This document shows, piece by piece, positions 24,672-39,224 of a stretch of 64,000 nucleotides of DNA. Position 1 is the first letter of the stretch, and every line of letters begins with the position of its first letter. The notes beneath the pieces were generated by a model. It was not told the origin of the DNA. It saw nothing but the letters and a program-made list of their open reading frames with translations, and made no database searches. The DNA comes from Eledone cirrhosa (taxonomy: Eukaryota). The position numbers were made by a program, and so were the translations under genes. The DNA lies in contig OZ024750.1 in the NCBI GenBank assembly GCA_964016885.1, positions 29,698,001 to 29,762,000 of the forward strand, read 5' to 3'.

Positions 24672-24772
24672 TAACATTTCTGGTTGATATTGTCTTCCAT
24701 AGCTTAATAATGTAACATTTCTGGTTGATATTGTCTTCCATAGCTTAATAATATAACATTCCTGATTGATAT
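24672..24772. repeat. ~41-bp tandem repeat x2.5
   Basis: TAACATTTCTGGTTGATATTGTCTTCCATAGCTTAATAAT repeated. Confidence 0.85.
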
Positions 24773-25094
24773 TCTTAATATGAATGGAGGAGGAGATCTT
24801 AGTTTATGAATGAATTATTGGATTTCTTTCTGGTTTGTGTTTGACATAAAGGGGGGAATACGTGTTGTGCAATATAGCGCATGCGTGAAAACTCCCAGGG
24901 AGTTGATACCGCCACCCAGTGTCAGCTCTTGGTGTCGATATCCATTCCATTTCATTTATGGCTGTAATGCCTTTGGGAAAGATTAGGGCGTAAGTAGGGA
25001 GGGAAAGAGAGGGAAGAGGTGGAGAGAGGGGGGAAAAAGAGAGAGAGAAAGAGGAGAAGGTGGACAGAGAAAGAGAAAGTGAATGAAATGCAGG

Positions 25095-25128
<34 letters not shown>

Positions 25129-25319
25129 TAGGGGGAGGAGTTCCGATATAATGAATTTCTGAAAATAATGTTTAGATTTGGAAAGTGTGACTCAGTAGAA
25201 GGAATTGGAATAGTGTCTACATTATAACTGTTTAACTCTCTCTACATTGTGCGTACGTATGTATGTGTGTATGTACGTACGTATGTATGTATGCATGCGT
25301 GGATGCATGCTTGCATGAA

Positions 25320-25649
25320 CCTATAACTTCCGGTGGAATCGTAGGGGCGCCGTAGTAACCATACGGCGTTTCTTGGGAATTTTCAAGCCTAACGCAGCCC
25401 ATCTCCTCTCCAGGTCTGAACACAGCCGATTGCTTCCAGAAAAGGAAAGGGAGTGAGAAAACGGAAGTGAAAAACATATAGAAGAAGAATCTACCCCAGT
25501 GTGAGACTGGTACCTTTTTTTCATCGACCTCGAAAGGATGAAAGACAAATTTGACTTCAGCGGGAATTGAGTGCAGAGTGTGCAGAGAGCCGGAACGAAT
25601 ACTACAAAGCATTCTATCCGACGTTCTAACGATTCTGAAAATTCGCCGC
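25320..25649 (-). mobile_element. SINE A head and core plus module B
   Basis: Reverse-complement homology to 8641-8965. Confidence 0.75.
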
Positions 25650-25650
25650 A

Positions 25651-25858
25651 TATCGGTAGAGCTTCGGACAACGTGCTTCGCAGCATAGAGTTACGGGCCT
25701 TTACGTTCTGAGTTCAAATTCCTCCGAGGTTAGCTTTGCTTTTCATCCTTCTTACAAGGTTGATAAAATAAAGCACCAGTAATACACTGGGGTTGATTTA
25801 ATCGACTTTCCACTCCCATTTAAATTGCTGGTCTTGTGCCTAAAGTAGAAACAATTCT
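25651..25858 (+). mobile_element. SINE family A
   Basis: B box GAGTTCAAATTCC, core, and CCTAAAGTAGAAACAATT end; head-to-head with the previous copy. Confidence 0.8.
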
Positions 25859-26317
25859 GTTTTAACTCAGACAGACTACGATCTGACCCCCCCTCCCTCC
25901 CGGACAACGACCAACACCACAGCCACCAACACCAACACCAACACCACAGCCACCAACACCAACACCACAGCCACCAACACCAACACCACAGCCACCAACA
26001 CCACAGCCACCAACACCAACACCAACACCAACACCAACACCAACCTCTCCATCTCTCTCCAATCTACATCCTACCGTCAGACTACAATATCTCCACCACC
26101 CCTACTCGACAATGGCCCTCTCTCCTAATCACCAACACAACAACACAATCCAACCCTACAATTTCCCTCCCTACCCCTGACAGTGCCTCCCACCCCTAAA
26201 TCACCAATACCAACAACAACAACAACGCCAACATTAACACTAATACCACCACCACCACCACCAACACCAACACCAACACCACCACCATCTCCACAGCCTT
26301 CCAATTTGCATCATACC

Positions 26318-26365
<48 letters not shown>

Positions 26366-26599
26366 CGTTTAGATAATGTAATCCTAGATATGTAATTCCT
26401 GAAAGAAGTAGGAGATTGTCATGTTAGGAATGCTTTTGATCATAGGTGTTGTGTGTCTGTTGAGTCAGAGCTGACCTAGGGTTAAACAACAACGATGGCC
26501 GTTTTTACTTCTATGAAGTTGTAAGGTGTAAGGGTAGGAATGGTGGTGGTGGTGGCGGTGGTGGTGGTCGGTGAACAGACGCCATTACAGGGAACAGTT

Positions 26600-27265
26600 A
26601 CTGGCTTCAGTCATTTGGCTGTGGCCATGCTGGGGTATTGTTCTTTTACTAGCTTCAGTCATTTGGCTGCGGCCATGCTACGGTACTATTCTTTTACTAG
26701 TTTCAGTCATTTGTCTGTGGCCATGCTGGGGTATTGTTCTTTTACTAGCTTCAGTCATTTGACTATGGCCATGCTGGGGTATTGTTCTTTTACTAGCTTC
26801 AGTCATTTGACTGCGGCCATGCTGGGGTACTATTCTTTTACTAGTTTCAGTCATTTGTCTGTGGCCATACTGGAGTACTGTTCTTTTATTGGCTTCAGTC
26901 ATTTGACTGTGGCCATGCTTGAGTACTGTTCTTTTATTGGCTTCAGTCATTTGACTGTGGCCATGCTTGAGTACTGTTCTTTTATTGGCTTCAGTCATTT
27001 GACTGTGGCCATGCTTGAGTACTGTTCTTTTATTGGCTTCAATCATTTGACTGTGGCCATGCTGGAGTACTGTTCTTTTATTGGCTTCAGTCATTTGACT
27101 GTGGCCATGCTGGAGTACTGTTCTTTTATTGGCTTCAGTCATTTGACTGTGGTCATGCTTGAGTACTGTTCTTTTATTGACTTCAGTCATTTGACTGCGG
27201 TCATGCTGGAGTACTGTTCTTTTATTGGCTTCAGTCATTTGACTGCGGTCATGCTGGAGTACTAT
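26600..27265 (-). repeat. 48-bp minisatellite derived from SINE D 3' end, ~14 copies
   Basis: Sense unit CAGTACTCCAGCATGGCCACAGTCAAATGACTGAAGCCAATAAAAGAA; 16-aa period in the ORF track. Confidence 0.9.
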
Positions 27266-27412
27266 CGTTTTAAAATGATGAAAGGTAAAGTGGTACTCGG
27301 GTGGATGAGAGAAGAGAGAGAAGGGGGATGAGGGCTGTCCCATCAGTGGTTGGATACTCAGAACCAAATAGACAACATTTTATCGACACGGCTAAATGAA
27401 CCATCTTAAGGT

Positions 27413-27775
27413 AATAACTGTTTCTACTTTACGCACAAGACCAACAATTTGGGGGAAGGGAAAATTCGATTAAATCGACCCCCGTAAGGATGAAAGGCAA
27501 AGCTAACCTCGGCGAGATTTGAACTCAGAACGTAAAGGGTGTAACTCTATGCGGCAAAGCATGGTGTCTGACGCTCTATCGATTCTGCCAATCCATAATA
27601 ATTGTTTCTACTTTTGGCACAAGGCCATCAATTATCTCAGTGTATTACTGGTACTTTATTTTATCGACCCCCCGTAAGGATGAAATGCAAAGCTAACCTC
27701 GGCGGGATTTGAACCCAGACCGTAAAGGGACGTAACTCTTTGCTACAAAGCATGGCGTTCGACCCTCTACTGATA
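27413..27775 (-). mobile_element. two tandem SINE A copies
   Basis: Same boxes and core as 5241-5625. Confidence 0.85.
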
Positions 27776-27839
27776 CTGAATGCTGTCTAGTTCGATGGTT
27801 TCATGGATCAAGTTGGTGACACTGTACACAGACTTAAAT

Positions 27840-30800
27840 AGCAGCAACAACACCAGCAGCACCAGTAGCAGTAACAACACCAGCAGCACCAGCAGCACCA
27901 GTAGCAGTAACAACACCAGCAGCACCAGTGGCAGTAACAACACCAGCAGCACCAGTAGCAGTAACAACACCAGTAGCAGTAACAACAACAACACCAGCAG
28001 CACCAGTAACAACAACACCACCAGCAGCACCAGTAGCAGTAACAACACCAGCAGCACCAGTAGCAACAACAACACCAGTAGCAGTAACAACAACAACAAC
28101 AGTAACAGCAACAGCAGTAATAACAACTGTCACAATAATACCACCACCAGCAGTAATAACAACAACAACAACAACAACAACAGTAACAACGATACCAGCA
28201 GCTGCAATAACGACACCAACAGCAGTAGCAATAACAACAACAGTAGTAGTAACAACGATACCACCACCAGCAGCAGCAGCAGCAGCTCAATAATGACATC
28301 AACAGCAATAGCAATAATAACACCATCATCAGCAGCAGTAATAACAACAGTAACGACGATACCAGCAGCAACAGCAGTAGTAACACCAGGAGCAGCAGTA
28401 ATAACAACAACAGTAACACCACCACCACCACCGGCAGCAGTAATAACACCACCACCACCACCGGCAGTAACACCACCACCACCACCATCAGCAGTAACAA
28501 CACCACCACCACCACCACCACCACCACCAGCAGTAACAACACCACCACCACCACCATCAACAGTAACAACACCACCACCACCACCGGCAGTAACAACACC
28601 ACCACCACCACCATCAACAGTAACAACACCACCACCACCACCATCAACAGTAACACCACCACCACCACCACCATCAACAGTAACAACACCACCACCACCA
28701 CCACCGGCAGTAACACCACCACCACCACCATCGGCAGTAACAACACCACCACCACCGGCAGTAACACCACCACCACCACCATCGGCAGTAACAACACCAC
28801 CACCACCACCGGCAGTAACAACACCACCACCACCACCGGCAGTAACAACACCACCACCACCACCGGCAGTAACAACACCACCACCACCACCATCAACAGT
28901 AACAACACCACCACCACCACCGGCAGTAACAACACCACCACCACCACCATCAACAGTAACAACACCACCACCACCACCATCAACAGTAACAACACCACCA
29001 CCACCACCATCAACAGTAACAACACCACCACCACCACCATCGGCAGTAACAACACCACCACCATCGGCAGTAACACCACCACCACCACCACCGGCAGTAA
29101 CAACACCACCACCACCACCGGCAGTAACACCACCACCACCACCATCAACAGTAACAACACCACCACCACCACCGGCAGTAACACCACCACCACCACCATC
29201 GGCAGTAACAACACCACCACCACCGGCAGTAACAACACCACCACCACCATCGGCAGTAACAATACCACCACCACCACCGGCAGTAACAACACCACCACCA
29301 CCATCGGCAGTAACAACACCACCACCACCGGCAGTAACACCACCACCACCACCACCACCGGCAGTAACACCACCACCACCACCGGCAGTAACACCACCAC
29401 CACCACCATCGGCAGTAACAACACCACCACCACCGGCAGTAACAACACCACCACCACCACCGGCAGTAACAACACCACCACCACCATCGGCAGTAACAAC
29501 ACCACCACCACCGGCAGTAACACCACCACCACCACCACCGGCAGTAACAACACCACCACCACCGGCAGTAACAACACCACCACCACCACCGGCAGTAACA
29601 ACACCACCACCACCATCGGCAGTAACAACACCACCACCACCACCATCAACAGTAACAACACCACCACCATCAACAGTAACAACACCACCACCACCATCGG
29701 CAGTAACAACACCACCACCATCAACAGTAACAACACCACCACCACCACCATCGGCAGTAACAACACCACCACCATCGGCAGTAACACCACCACCACCACC
29801 ACCGGCAGTAACAATACCACCACCACCACCGGCAGTAACACCACCACCACCACCACCAGCAGTAACAACACCACCACCACCACCATCAACAGTAACAACA
29901 CCACCACCACCACCGGCAGTAACAACACCACCACCACCACCGGCAGTAACACCACCACCACCACCATCGGCAGTAACAACACCACCACCACCACCATCAA
30001 CAGTAACAACACCACCACCACCACCGGCAGTAACACCACCACCACCACCATCGGCAGTAACAACACCACCACCACCACCATCAACAGTAACAACACCACC
30101 ACCACCACCGGCAGTAACAACACCACCACCACCACCGGCAGTAACACCACCACCACCACCATCGGCAGTAACAACACCACCACCACCACCGGCAGTAACA
30201 CCACCACCACCACCACCACCAGCAGTAACAACACCACCACCACCACCATCAACAGTAACAACACCACCACCACCACCGGCAGTAACAACACCACCACCAC
30301 CACCGGCAGTAACACCACCACCACCACCATCGGCAGTAACAACACCACCACCACCACCATCAACAGTAACAACACCACCACCACCACCGGCAGTAACACC
30401 ACCACCACCACCATCGGCAGTAACAACACCACCACCACCACCATCAACAGTAACAACACCACCACCACCACCGGCAGTAACAACACCACCACCACCACCG
30501 GCAGTAACACCACCACCACCACCATCGGCAGTAACAACACCACCACCACCACCGGCAGTAACACCACCACCACCACCACCAGCAGTAACAACACCACCAC
30601 CACCACCATCAACAGTAACAACACCACCACCACCACCGGCAGTAACAACACCACCACCACCACCGGCAGTAACACCACCACCACCACCACCAGCAGTAAC
30701 AACACCACCACCACCACCATCAACAGTAACAACACCACCACCACCACCGGCAGTAACAACACCACCACCACCATCGGCAGTAACAACACCACCACCATCG

Positions 30801-32940
30801 GCAGTAACAACACCACCACCACCACCGGCAGTAACACCACCACCACCACCATCGGCAGTAACAACACCACCACCACCGGCAGTAACAACACCACCACCAC
30901 CATCGGCAGTAACAACACCACCACCACCGGCAGTAACACCACCACCACCACCATCGGCAGTAACAACACCACCACCACCGGCAGTAACAACACCACCACC
31001 ACCACCGGCAGTAACAACACCACCACCACCACCATCAACAGTAACAACACCACCACCACCACCATCAACAGTAACAACACCACCACCACCACCATCAACA
31101 GTAACAACACCACCACCACCACCGGCAGTAACAACACCACCACCACCACCGGCAGTAACAACACCACCACCACCACCGGCAGTAACAACACCACCACCAC
31201 CACCGGCAGTAACAACACCACCACCACCACCGGCAGTAACAACACCACCACCACCATCGGCAGTAACAACACCACCACCACCGGCAGTAACAACACCACC
31301 ACCACCACCGGCAGTAACACCACCACCACCACCATCGGCAGTAACAACACCACCACCACCATCGGCAGTAACAACACCACCACCACCACCAGCAGTAACA
31401 ACACCACCACCACCACCGGCAGTAACAACACCACCACCACCATCGGCAGTAACAACACCACCACCACCACCGGCAGTAACAACACCACCACCACCACCGG
31501 CAGTAACAACACCATCACCACCACCGGCAGTAACAACACCACCACCACCATCGGCAGTAACAACACCACCACCACCGGCAGTAACAACACCACCACCACC
31601 ACCGGCAGTAACACTACCACCACCACCATCGGCAGTAACAACACCACCACCACCATCGGCAGTAACAACACCACCACCACCACCAGCAGTAACAACACCA
31701 CCACCACCACCATCAACAGTAACAACACCACCACCACCACCGGCAGTAACAACACCACCACCACCACCGGCAGTAACAACACCACCACCACCGGCAGTAA
31801 CAACACCACCACCACCGGCAGTAACACCACCACCACCACCACCGGCAGTAACACCACCACCACCACCATCGGCAGTAACAACACCACCACCACCACCGGC
31901 AGTAACAACACCACCACCACCACCATCGGCAGTAACAACACCACCACCACCGGCAGTAACAACACCACCACCACCATCAACAGTAACAACACCACCACCA
32001 CCACCACCGGCAGTAACAACACCACCACCACCACCGGCAGTAACAACACCACCACCACCATCAACAGTAACAACACCACCACCACCACCGGCAGTAACAA
32101 CACCACCACCACCACCGGCAGTAACACCACCACCACCACCATCGGCAGTAACAACACCACCACCATCGGCAGTAACAACACCACCACCACCACCGGCAGT
32201 AACACCACCACCACCACCATCGGCAGTAACAACACCACCACCACCGGCAGTAACACCACCACCACCACCATCGGCAGTAACAACACCACCACCACCACCA
32301 TCAACAGTAACAACACCACCACCACCACCACCGGCAGTAACAACACCACCACCACCACCGGCAGTAACAACAACACCACCACCGGCAGTAACAACACCAC
32401 CACCACCACCGGCAGTAACAACAACACCACCACCGGCAGTAACAACACCACCACCACCACCATCAACAGTAACAACACCACCACCACCACCGGCAGTAAC
32501 AACACCACCACCACCGGCAGTAACAACACCACCACCACCACCGGCAGTAACACCACCACCACCACCACCACCATCAACAGTAACAACACCACCACCACCA
32601 CCACCGGCAGTAACAACACCACCACCACCGGCAGTAACAACACCACCACCACCACCATCAACAGTAACAACACCACCACCACCGGCAGTAACAACACCAC
32701 CACCACCACCGGCAGTAACAACACCACCACCACCACCGGCAGTAATAACAACACCACTACCACCAGCAGCAGTAATAACAACAACAGTAACAACACCAAC
32801 ACCACCACCACCAGCAGTAATAACAACAGTAGTAACGACGACAGCAGCAGCAATAACAACAACAATAACAACAACAGCAATAACGACGAAGCAGCAGCTG
32901 TAACAACAACAGTAACAACTACAACAGCAGTAATAACAAT
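27840..32940. repeat. (CCA/CAG/AAC)-derived variable minisatellite; main array ~28430-32740
   Basis: Units (CCA)3-7 + CCG/TCG GCA or TCA ACA + GTAACA(ACA); all length variation is in triplets. Confidence 0.95.
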
Positions 32941-33130
32941 GGCAGCGAGAGTGAATTTGTTATGGTGACAATAGTAAAAATAGTATTAACAAATACCAGT
33001 AGTAGTAGTAGCAGTAACAGTTGTAGCAGCAGTAAGGAGTAGTAATGGTGGTTGTTGTGGTAGTAGTGTTGGTGGTAGTAATAGTGGTGGTCTCTTTTAA
33101 CCAACTTCTCCACAACTAGTCTCCTAAACC

Positions 33131-33162
<32 letters not shown>

Positions 33163-33205
33163 GCCCCAGCATGGCCTCAGCCGGATGGCTAGAACAGGTA
33201 AAAGA

Positions 33206-33271
<66 letters not shown>

Positions 33272-33276
<5 letters not shown>

Positions 33277-33480
33277 AACGAGTAGGACCCCGACGGCTGA
33301 GCTCAAGCCGTTTCGACGGCTAATTCTGGGTCCAGAATTCCGGGTCCAGAAATAGCCGTCGAAACGGCTTGAGCTCAGCCGTCGGGGTCCTACTCGTTCC
33401 TATTACCCACTCTACTACCCTAAGTATTGAGTACTTTGGTGCGTTATGGTCCACCTGGTTCCTTACCACATTTCCTTTGT
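33272..33480 (+). mobile_element. fold-back element 1 (inverted HHR 3' half plus tail) in (TA)n
   Basis: 58-bp inverted arms (33272-33329 / 33346-33403, 1 mismatch) containing GAAACGGC-TTGAGCTCA-GCCGTC, followed by a ~77-bp unpaired tail TACCCACTCTACTACCC..; (TA)n on both sides. Confidence 0.85.
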
Positions 33481-33484
33481 TATA

Positions 33485-33519
<35 letters not shown>

Positions 33520-33523
<4 letters not shown>

Positions 33524-33704
33524 GAAAAGATTCGGGACCCTGACGGGTGAACTCCGGTTATTTCAACAGCTAGATCCGAACTGGTGAAACGGCCGGAGGT
33601 CAGCCCACGGGGTCCCGAATTTTTCATATTACCCACTCTACTACCCCAAGTATCGAGTACTCTAGTGAGTAATGGTCTAACTGGTTTTTACCGCCTCCAT
33701 TCTT
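33520..33704 (+). mobile_element. fold-back element 2 (older, diverged subfamily)
   Basis: Imperfect arms ATATGAAAAGATTCGGGACCC..GGGTCCCGAATTTTTCATAT, then the same tail TACCCACTCTACTACCCCAAGTATCGAGTACT; (TA)n on both sides. Confidence 0.8.
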
Positions 33705-33847
33705 ATATATATATATATAAGCGTAGAAATATCCGAGACCCCCAATGAACAACTGATGAGGAACCCCCGCCCCCGTTCTCGCTTTCTTCTTATTCTCACT
33801 CTATTTTAAGCTACCTTAAATAGCAACTACACAACCAATCCTATTTT

Positions 33848-34016
33848 CATCGGTAGAGGGTCGGACGCCATGCTTTGACGCATAGAGTTACGTCCCTTGC
33901 CATTCTGAGTTCAAATCCCGCCGAGGTTAACTTTGCCTTTCATCCTTACCGGGTCGATAAAATAAAGTACCAGTAATACACTGAGTATTTGCTGGCCTTG
34001 TGCCAAAAGTAGAAAC

Positions 34017-34020
<4 letters not shown>
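33848..34020 (+). mobile_element. SINE family A
   Basis: B box, core and 3' end intact. Confidence 0.85.
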
Positions 34021-34067
<47 letters not shown>

Positions 34068-34086
34068 CGTGTGCGTGTGTGTGTGT

Positions 34087-34200
34087 AAAAAGCAAACAGC
34101 TGAATTTAACGCTTGATATAGTAAGAAAAGATTTTTTACGTTTCGGACACGAACCCTCCATCAGAAGATAGAGCGAGAAATAAAAGATAAGAGAGTGAGA
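34087..34200 (-). mobile_element. Penelope-like remnant with decayed minimal HHR
   Basis: Minus strand: CTT-CTGATGG-AGGG TTCGTG TCC-GAAACGTA, then CAAGCGTTAAAT, shared with the 1090-1215 remnant. Confidence 0.5.
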
Positions 34201-34204
34201 AGAT

Positions 34205-34531
34205 ATCAACTTTGCCTTTCATCCATTAATAGTCGATAAAAAAAAAGTACCAGTCAAGTACTGGGTCGATTCTTCCTCTATATCCTTCCTCACTTCCTTT
34301 CTCTCACTCACTCTCTATCCTTCTCTGGAAGAAATCTACTTTATTCAGGCCTGGAGAGGAGATGGGCTCCGCCAGGTTTAAAAAATGCCCTAGAAATGCC
34401 GCATGTCAATATGGCGCCCCTACGACTCCTCAGGGGTTACCGGTCCATACCATACCTACTATATCAAGCGTTAAACTAATATTATTCATCATTGTACTGT
34501 GTCATTTGCTTTGTTATTTCTGCTTACTTTT

Positions 34532-34532
<1 letters not shown>
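34205..34532 (+). mobile_element. SINE A core plus module B
   Basis: Homologous to 8735-8965. Confidence 0.7.
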
Positions 34533-34591
<59 letters not shown>

Positions 34592-34764
34592 AGCATAGAG
34601 ATACTGACAACCTCATTCTTCACCCCTACACAGGGCCCATATTTGCTGCCAGACATCGTAAAATGTAGACAAATACATATTGACAAACATTTCTCAGACG
34701 ATGTAGAAATTCCGAGCAAATGTAGAAATATATATAAATAAATAGATAAATAGTTCATCTGCAT

Positions 34765-36570
34765 ACTACAAGCATCATCTCCACCACCACCACCACCACC
34801 ACTACAAACATCATCTCCACCACCACCACCACTACAAGCATCATCTCCACCACCACCACCACCACCACTACAAACATCATCTCTACCACCACCACCACTA
34901 CAAGCATCATCTCCACCACCACCACCACCACCACTACAAGCATCATCTCCACCAGCACCACCACTACAAACATCATCTCCACCACCACCACCACTACAAG
35001 CATCATCTCCACCACCACCACCACCACTACAAGCATCATCTCCACCACCACCACCACTACAAGCATCATCTCCACCACCACCACCACTACAAGCATCATC
35101 TCCACCACCACCACCACCACTACAAGCATCATCTCCACCACCACCACCACTACAAACATCATCTCCACCACCACCACCACTACAAGCATCATCTCCACCA
35201 CCACCACCACTACAAACATCACCTCCACCACCACCACCACTACAAACATCACCTCCACCACCACCACCACCACAAACATCACCACCACCACCACTACAAG
35301 CATCATCTCCACCACCACCACCACTACAAACATCATCAGCACCACCACCACCACTACAAGCATCATCTCCACCACCACCACTACAAACATCATCTCCACC
35401 ACCACCACCACTACAAGCATCATCTCCACCACCACCACCACTACAAGCATCATCTCCACCACCACCACCACTACAAACATCATCTCCACCACCACCACCA
35501 CCACCACTACAAGCATCATCTCCACCACCACCACCACTACAAGCATCATCTCCACCACCACCACCACCACTACAAGCATCATCTCCACCACCACCACCAC
35601 CACCACTACAAACATCATCTCCACCACCACCACCACTACAAGCATCATCTCCACCACCACCACCACTACAAGCATCATCTCCACCACCACCACCACTACA
35701 AGCATCATCTCCACCACCACCACCACTACAAACATCATCTCCACCACCACCACCACTACAAGCATCATCTCCACCACCACCACCACTACAAACATCATCT
35801 CCACCACCACCACCACTACAAGCATCATCTCCACCACCACCACCACCACTACAAGCATCATCTCCACCACCACCACCACTACAAGCATCATCTACACCAC
35901 CACCACCACTACAAACATCATCTCCACCACCACCACCACTACAAACATCACCTCCACCACCACCACTACAAACATCACCTCCACCACCACCACCACCACT
36001 ACAAGCATCATCTCCACCACCACCACTACAAACATCATCACCGCCACCACCACCACTACAAACATCACCACCACCACCACCACTACAAACATCATCACCG
36101 CCACCACCACCACTACAAACATCACCTCCACCACCACCACCACAAACATCATCACCGCCACCACCACCACTACAAACATCACCTCCACCACCACCACTAC
36201 AAACATCATCACCGCCACCACCACCACTACAAACATCACCTCCACCACCACCACTACAAACATCATCACCGCCACCACCACCACTACAAACATCACCTCC
36301 ACCACCACCACCACAAACATCATCACCACCACCACCACCACTACAAACATCATCACCACCACCACCACCACTACAAACATCACCTCCACCACCACCACCA
36401 CCACCACCACTACAAACATCACCTCCACCACCACCACCACCACCACCACTACAAACATCACCTCCACCACCACCACCACCACCACCACTACAAACATCAC
36501 CACCACCACCACCACCACCACCACCACTACAAACATCATCACCACCACCACCACCACTACAAACATCACC
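34765..36570. repeat. (CCA)-derived ~30-bp minisatellite
   Basis: Unit CTACAA(A/G)CATCA(T/C)CT(CCA)4-8. Confidence 0.95.
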
Positions 36571-37239
36571 TCCTCCATCACCATCACGGTGATCATAATC
36601 ACCTGCATCATCACCATCATCACTATTATCATCATCACCACCACTACCATCCACATCTCCCACACTACCTCCCGCTACCACCGCTACCACTACGACCACC
36701 ACCACCATCACCCACATAGTATACTTTCAATGGCACCATCACCTTCATCATTTTAAGGAACATTCTCTCTCCCCCTCTGCATCTTCTACTCCCCTTCCAT
36801 CTCCCCTTTACCATCTCCACTACCTCAGCCTTCTCCCCCCTCTCTATCTGTCTTCTTCCCTTCCATTCCCCATTTGCCGTTTTCTACCTCAGCCTTCTCC
36901 CCCCTCTCTCCATCTTTCTACTCCCCTTCCATCCAATACCTCTCCCTCTCCCTTCATCCTTAAAATATCAACAGATGGAAGCGGCCGACATACCAGAAAA
37001 ATAAGTGTATGATGTACAACACACACACACATATAGACACACAAACATAGATACTTACACACACACACACACATATACACATACTCACTCATAGACACAC
37101 AGGCAAACACACATATATATGTGTGTGTGTGTGTGTATCTGACTGTCTATATACGCACAGTCAGACACAAACACACACACACACACACATTATATATATA
37201 TATATGTATGTGTGTGTCTGCCTATCTCCACACAGTCAG

Positions 37240-37272
<33 letters not shown>

Positions 37273-37395
37273 AATATATATTTATATATGTGTGTGTGTG
37301 TGTGTGTGTCTGACTGTGTGGAGATAGGCAGACACACACATACATACATATATATATATATATTTATATATATGTATGTGTGTGTCTGCATATCT

Positions 37396-37509
<114 letters not shown>

Positions 37510-37592
37510 GTGTGTGTGTGTGTGTGGAGATAGGCAGACACACACATACATATATATATTTATATATATGTAAGTGTGTGTCTGCCTATCTC

Positions 37593-37627
<35 letters not shown>

Positions 37628-37665
37628 GTATGTATGTGTGTGTCTGCCTATCTCCACACAGTCAG

Positions 37666-37719
<54 letters not shown>

Positions 37720-37741
37720 CTGCCTATCTCCACACAGTCAG

Positions 37742-37793
<52 letters not shown>

Positions 37794-37803
37794 CTGCCTA
37801 TCT

Positions 37804-37855
<52 letters not shown>

Positions 37856-38107
37856 ACGTCACTACGTAACAACACATGGTAGGTGTTGTGTTCATTGACT
37901 ATAAATCTACCACCATCAGTTAGTTTACACTATACGATGTTGCACTGAAAAGAAAATACGGCAGCGTTACATGGTCACTTGGCGTGCTAGAAAAAGCAGT
38001 ACAATCCGGCTCATACCCACCACTCCCATCCCCACATTGACATCTTACAGGAAGAACACTTCTGATCATGTACTCCAAGGTACAATATTCCTCACTAATA
38101 ACAATAA

Positions 38108-38731
38108 TAATTTTCTACATTTGGCACAAGGCCAGCTATTACCCCAGTGCATTACTGGTACTTTATTTTATCGACCCCCGTAAGGATGAAAGGCAAAGTT
38201 AACCTCGGCGGGATTTGAACTCAGAATGGCAAGGGCCGTAACTCTATGCGTCAAAGCATGGCGTCCGACCCTCTACCGATACTGCCAATAAACATGCATT
38301 ACTGCCAATAATATTTGTTTCTACTTTTGGCAGAAGGCCAGCAATTACCCCAGTGCATTACTGGTATTTTATTTTATCGATCCCAAAAGAAAGAAAGGCT
38401 AAGTTAACCTCGGCGGAATTGAATTCAGAACGCAAAGGGCCATAACTCTATGCTGCAAAGCATGGTGTCTGACGCTCTACTGATACTGCCAAACCGCCGC
38501 CCTAATAACAATAATAAAGGTTTCCTATTTAGGCACAAGGCCAGCAATTTGAAGGGGGGGGGGGGAGAAAGTCGACTAAATCGACCCCAGTGCGTTACTG
38601 GTACTCTATTTTATCGACCCCTGTAAGGATGAAAAGCAAGGTTAACCTCAGCGAGATTTGAACTCAAAACGTAAAGGAGCCATAACTAAATAAATACTGC
38701 AAAGCATGGTGTCCGACGCTCTACCGATTCT
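38108..38731 (-). mobile_element. three tandem SINE A copies
   Basis: Copies at ~38108-38288, 38313-38502 and 38518-38731, all in the same orientation. Confidence 0.85.
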
Positions 38732-38919
38732 GATGGTGTTCTATACAAGGCCTTTAATTTTAGAGGGAGGGCAAGATCGATCAAATCACACCTTACTGTT
38801 TTAATAAGTAGTAGAAGTTGACCAATATAGTTCTTGTTACACAAATGTCCGAAATGATGGTCATGGTTGGAATACCGTTTATTGTGGCTCTGTTGGACCT
38901 GAGCTGACTTGGTGGGTGA

Positions 38920-39058
38920 ACAACAACAGCAGCAGCAACAACAACAACAGCAGCAGCAATATCATTACCAACAACAGCAGCAGCAGCAACATCAACTGCA
39001 GCAGCAATATCATTACCAACAACAACTGCAGCAGCAATATCGACACCACTACCAACAA

Positions 39059-39089
<31 letters not shown>

Positions 39090-39193
39090 AGCAATATCAT
39101 TACCAACAACAGCAGCAGCAGCAACATCAACTGCAGCAGCAATATCATTACCAACAACAACTGCAGCAGCAATATCGACACCACTACCAACAA

Positions 39194-39224
<31 letters not shown>

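Noticed and set aside
27780-32903. 1707-aa extensin/mucin-like Pro-Thr ORF
   Set aside because: Triplet-derived array open on both strands; starts at the edge of a SINE; no unique domain.
34489-36717. Gly-rich (GGGGDDACS) structural protein ORF
   Set aside because: Translation of a (CCA)n minisatellite that runs into (TA)n; no supporting gene structure.
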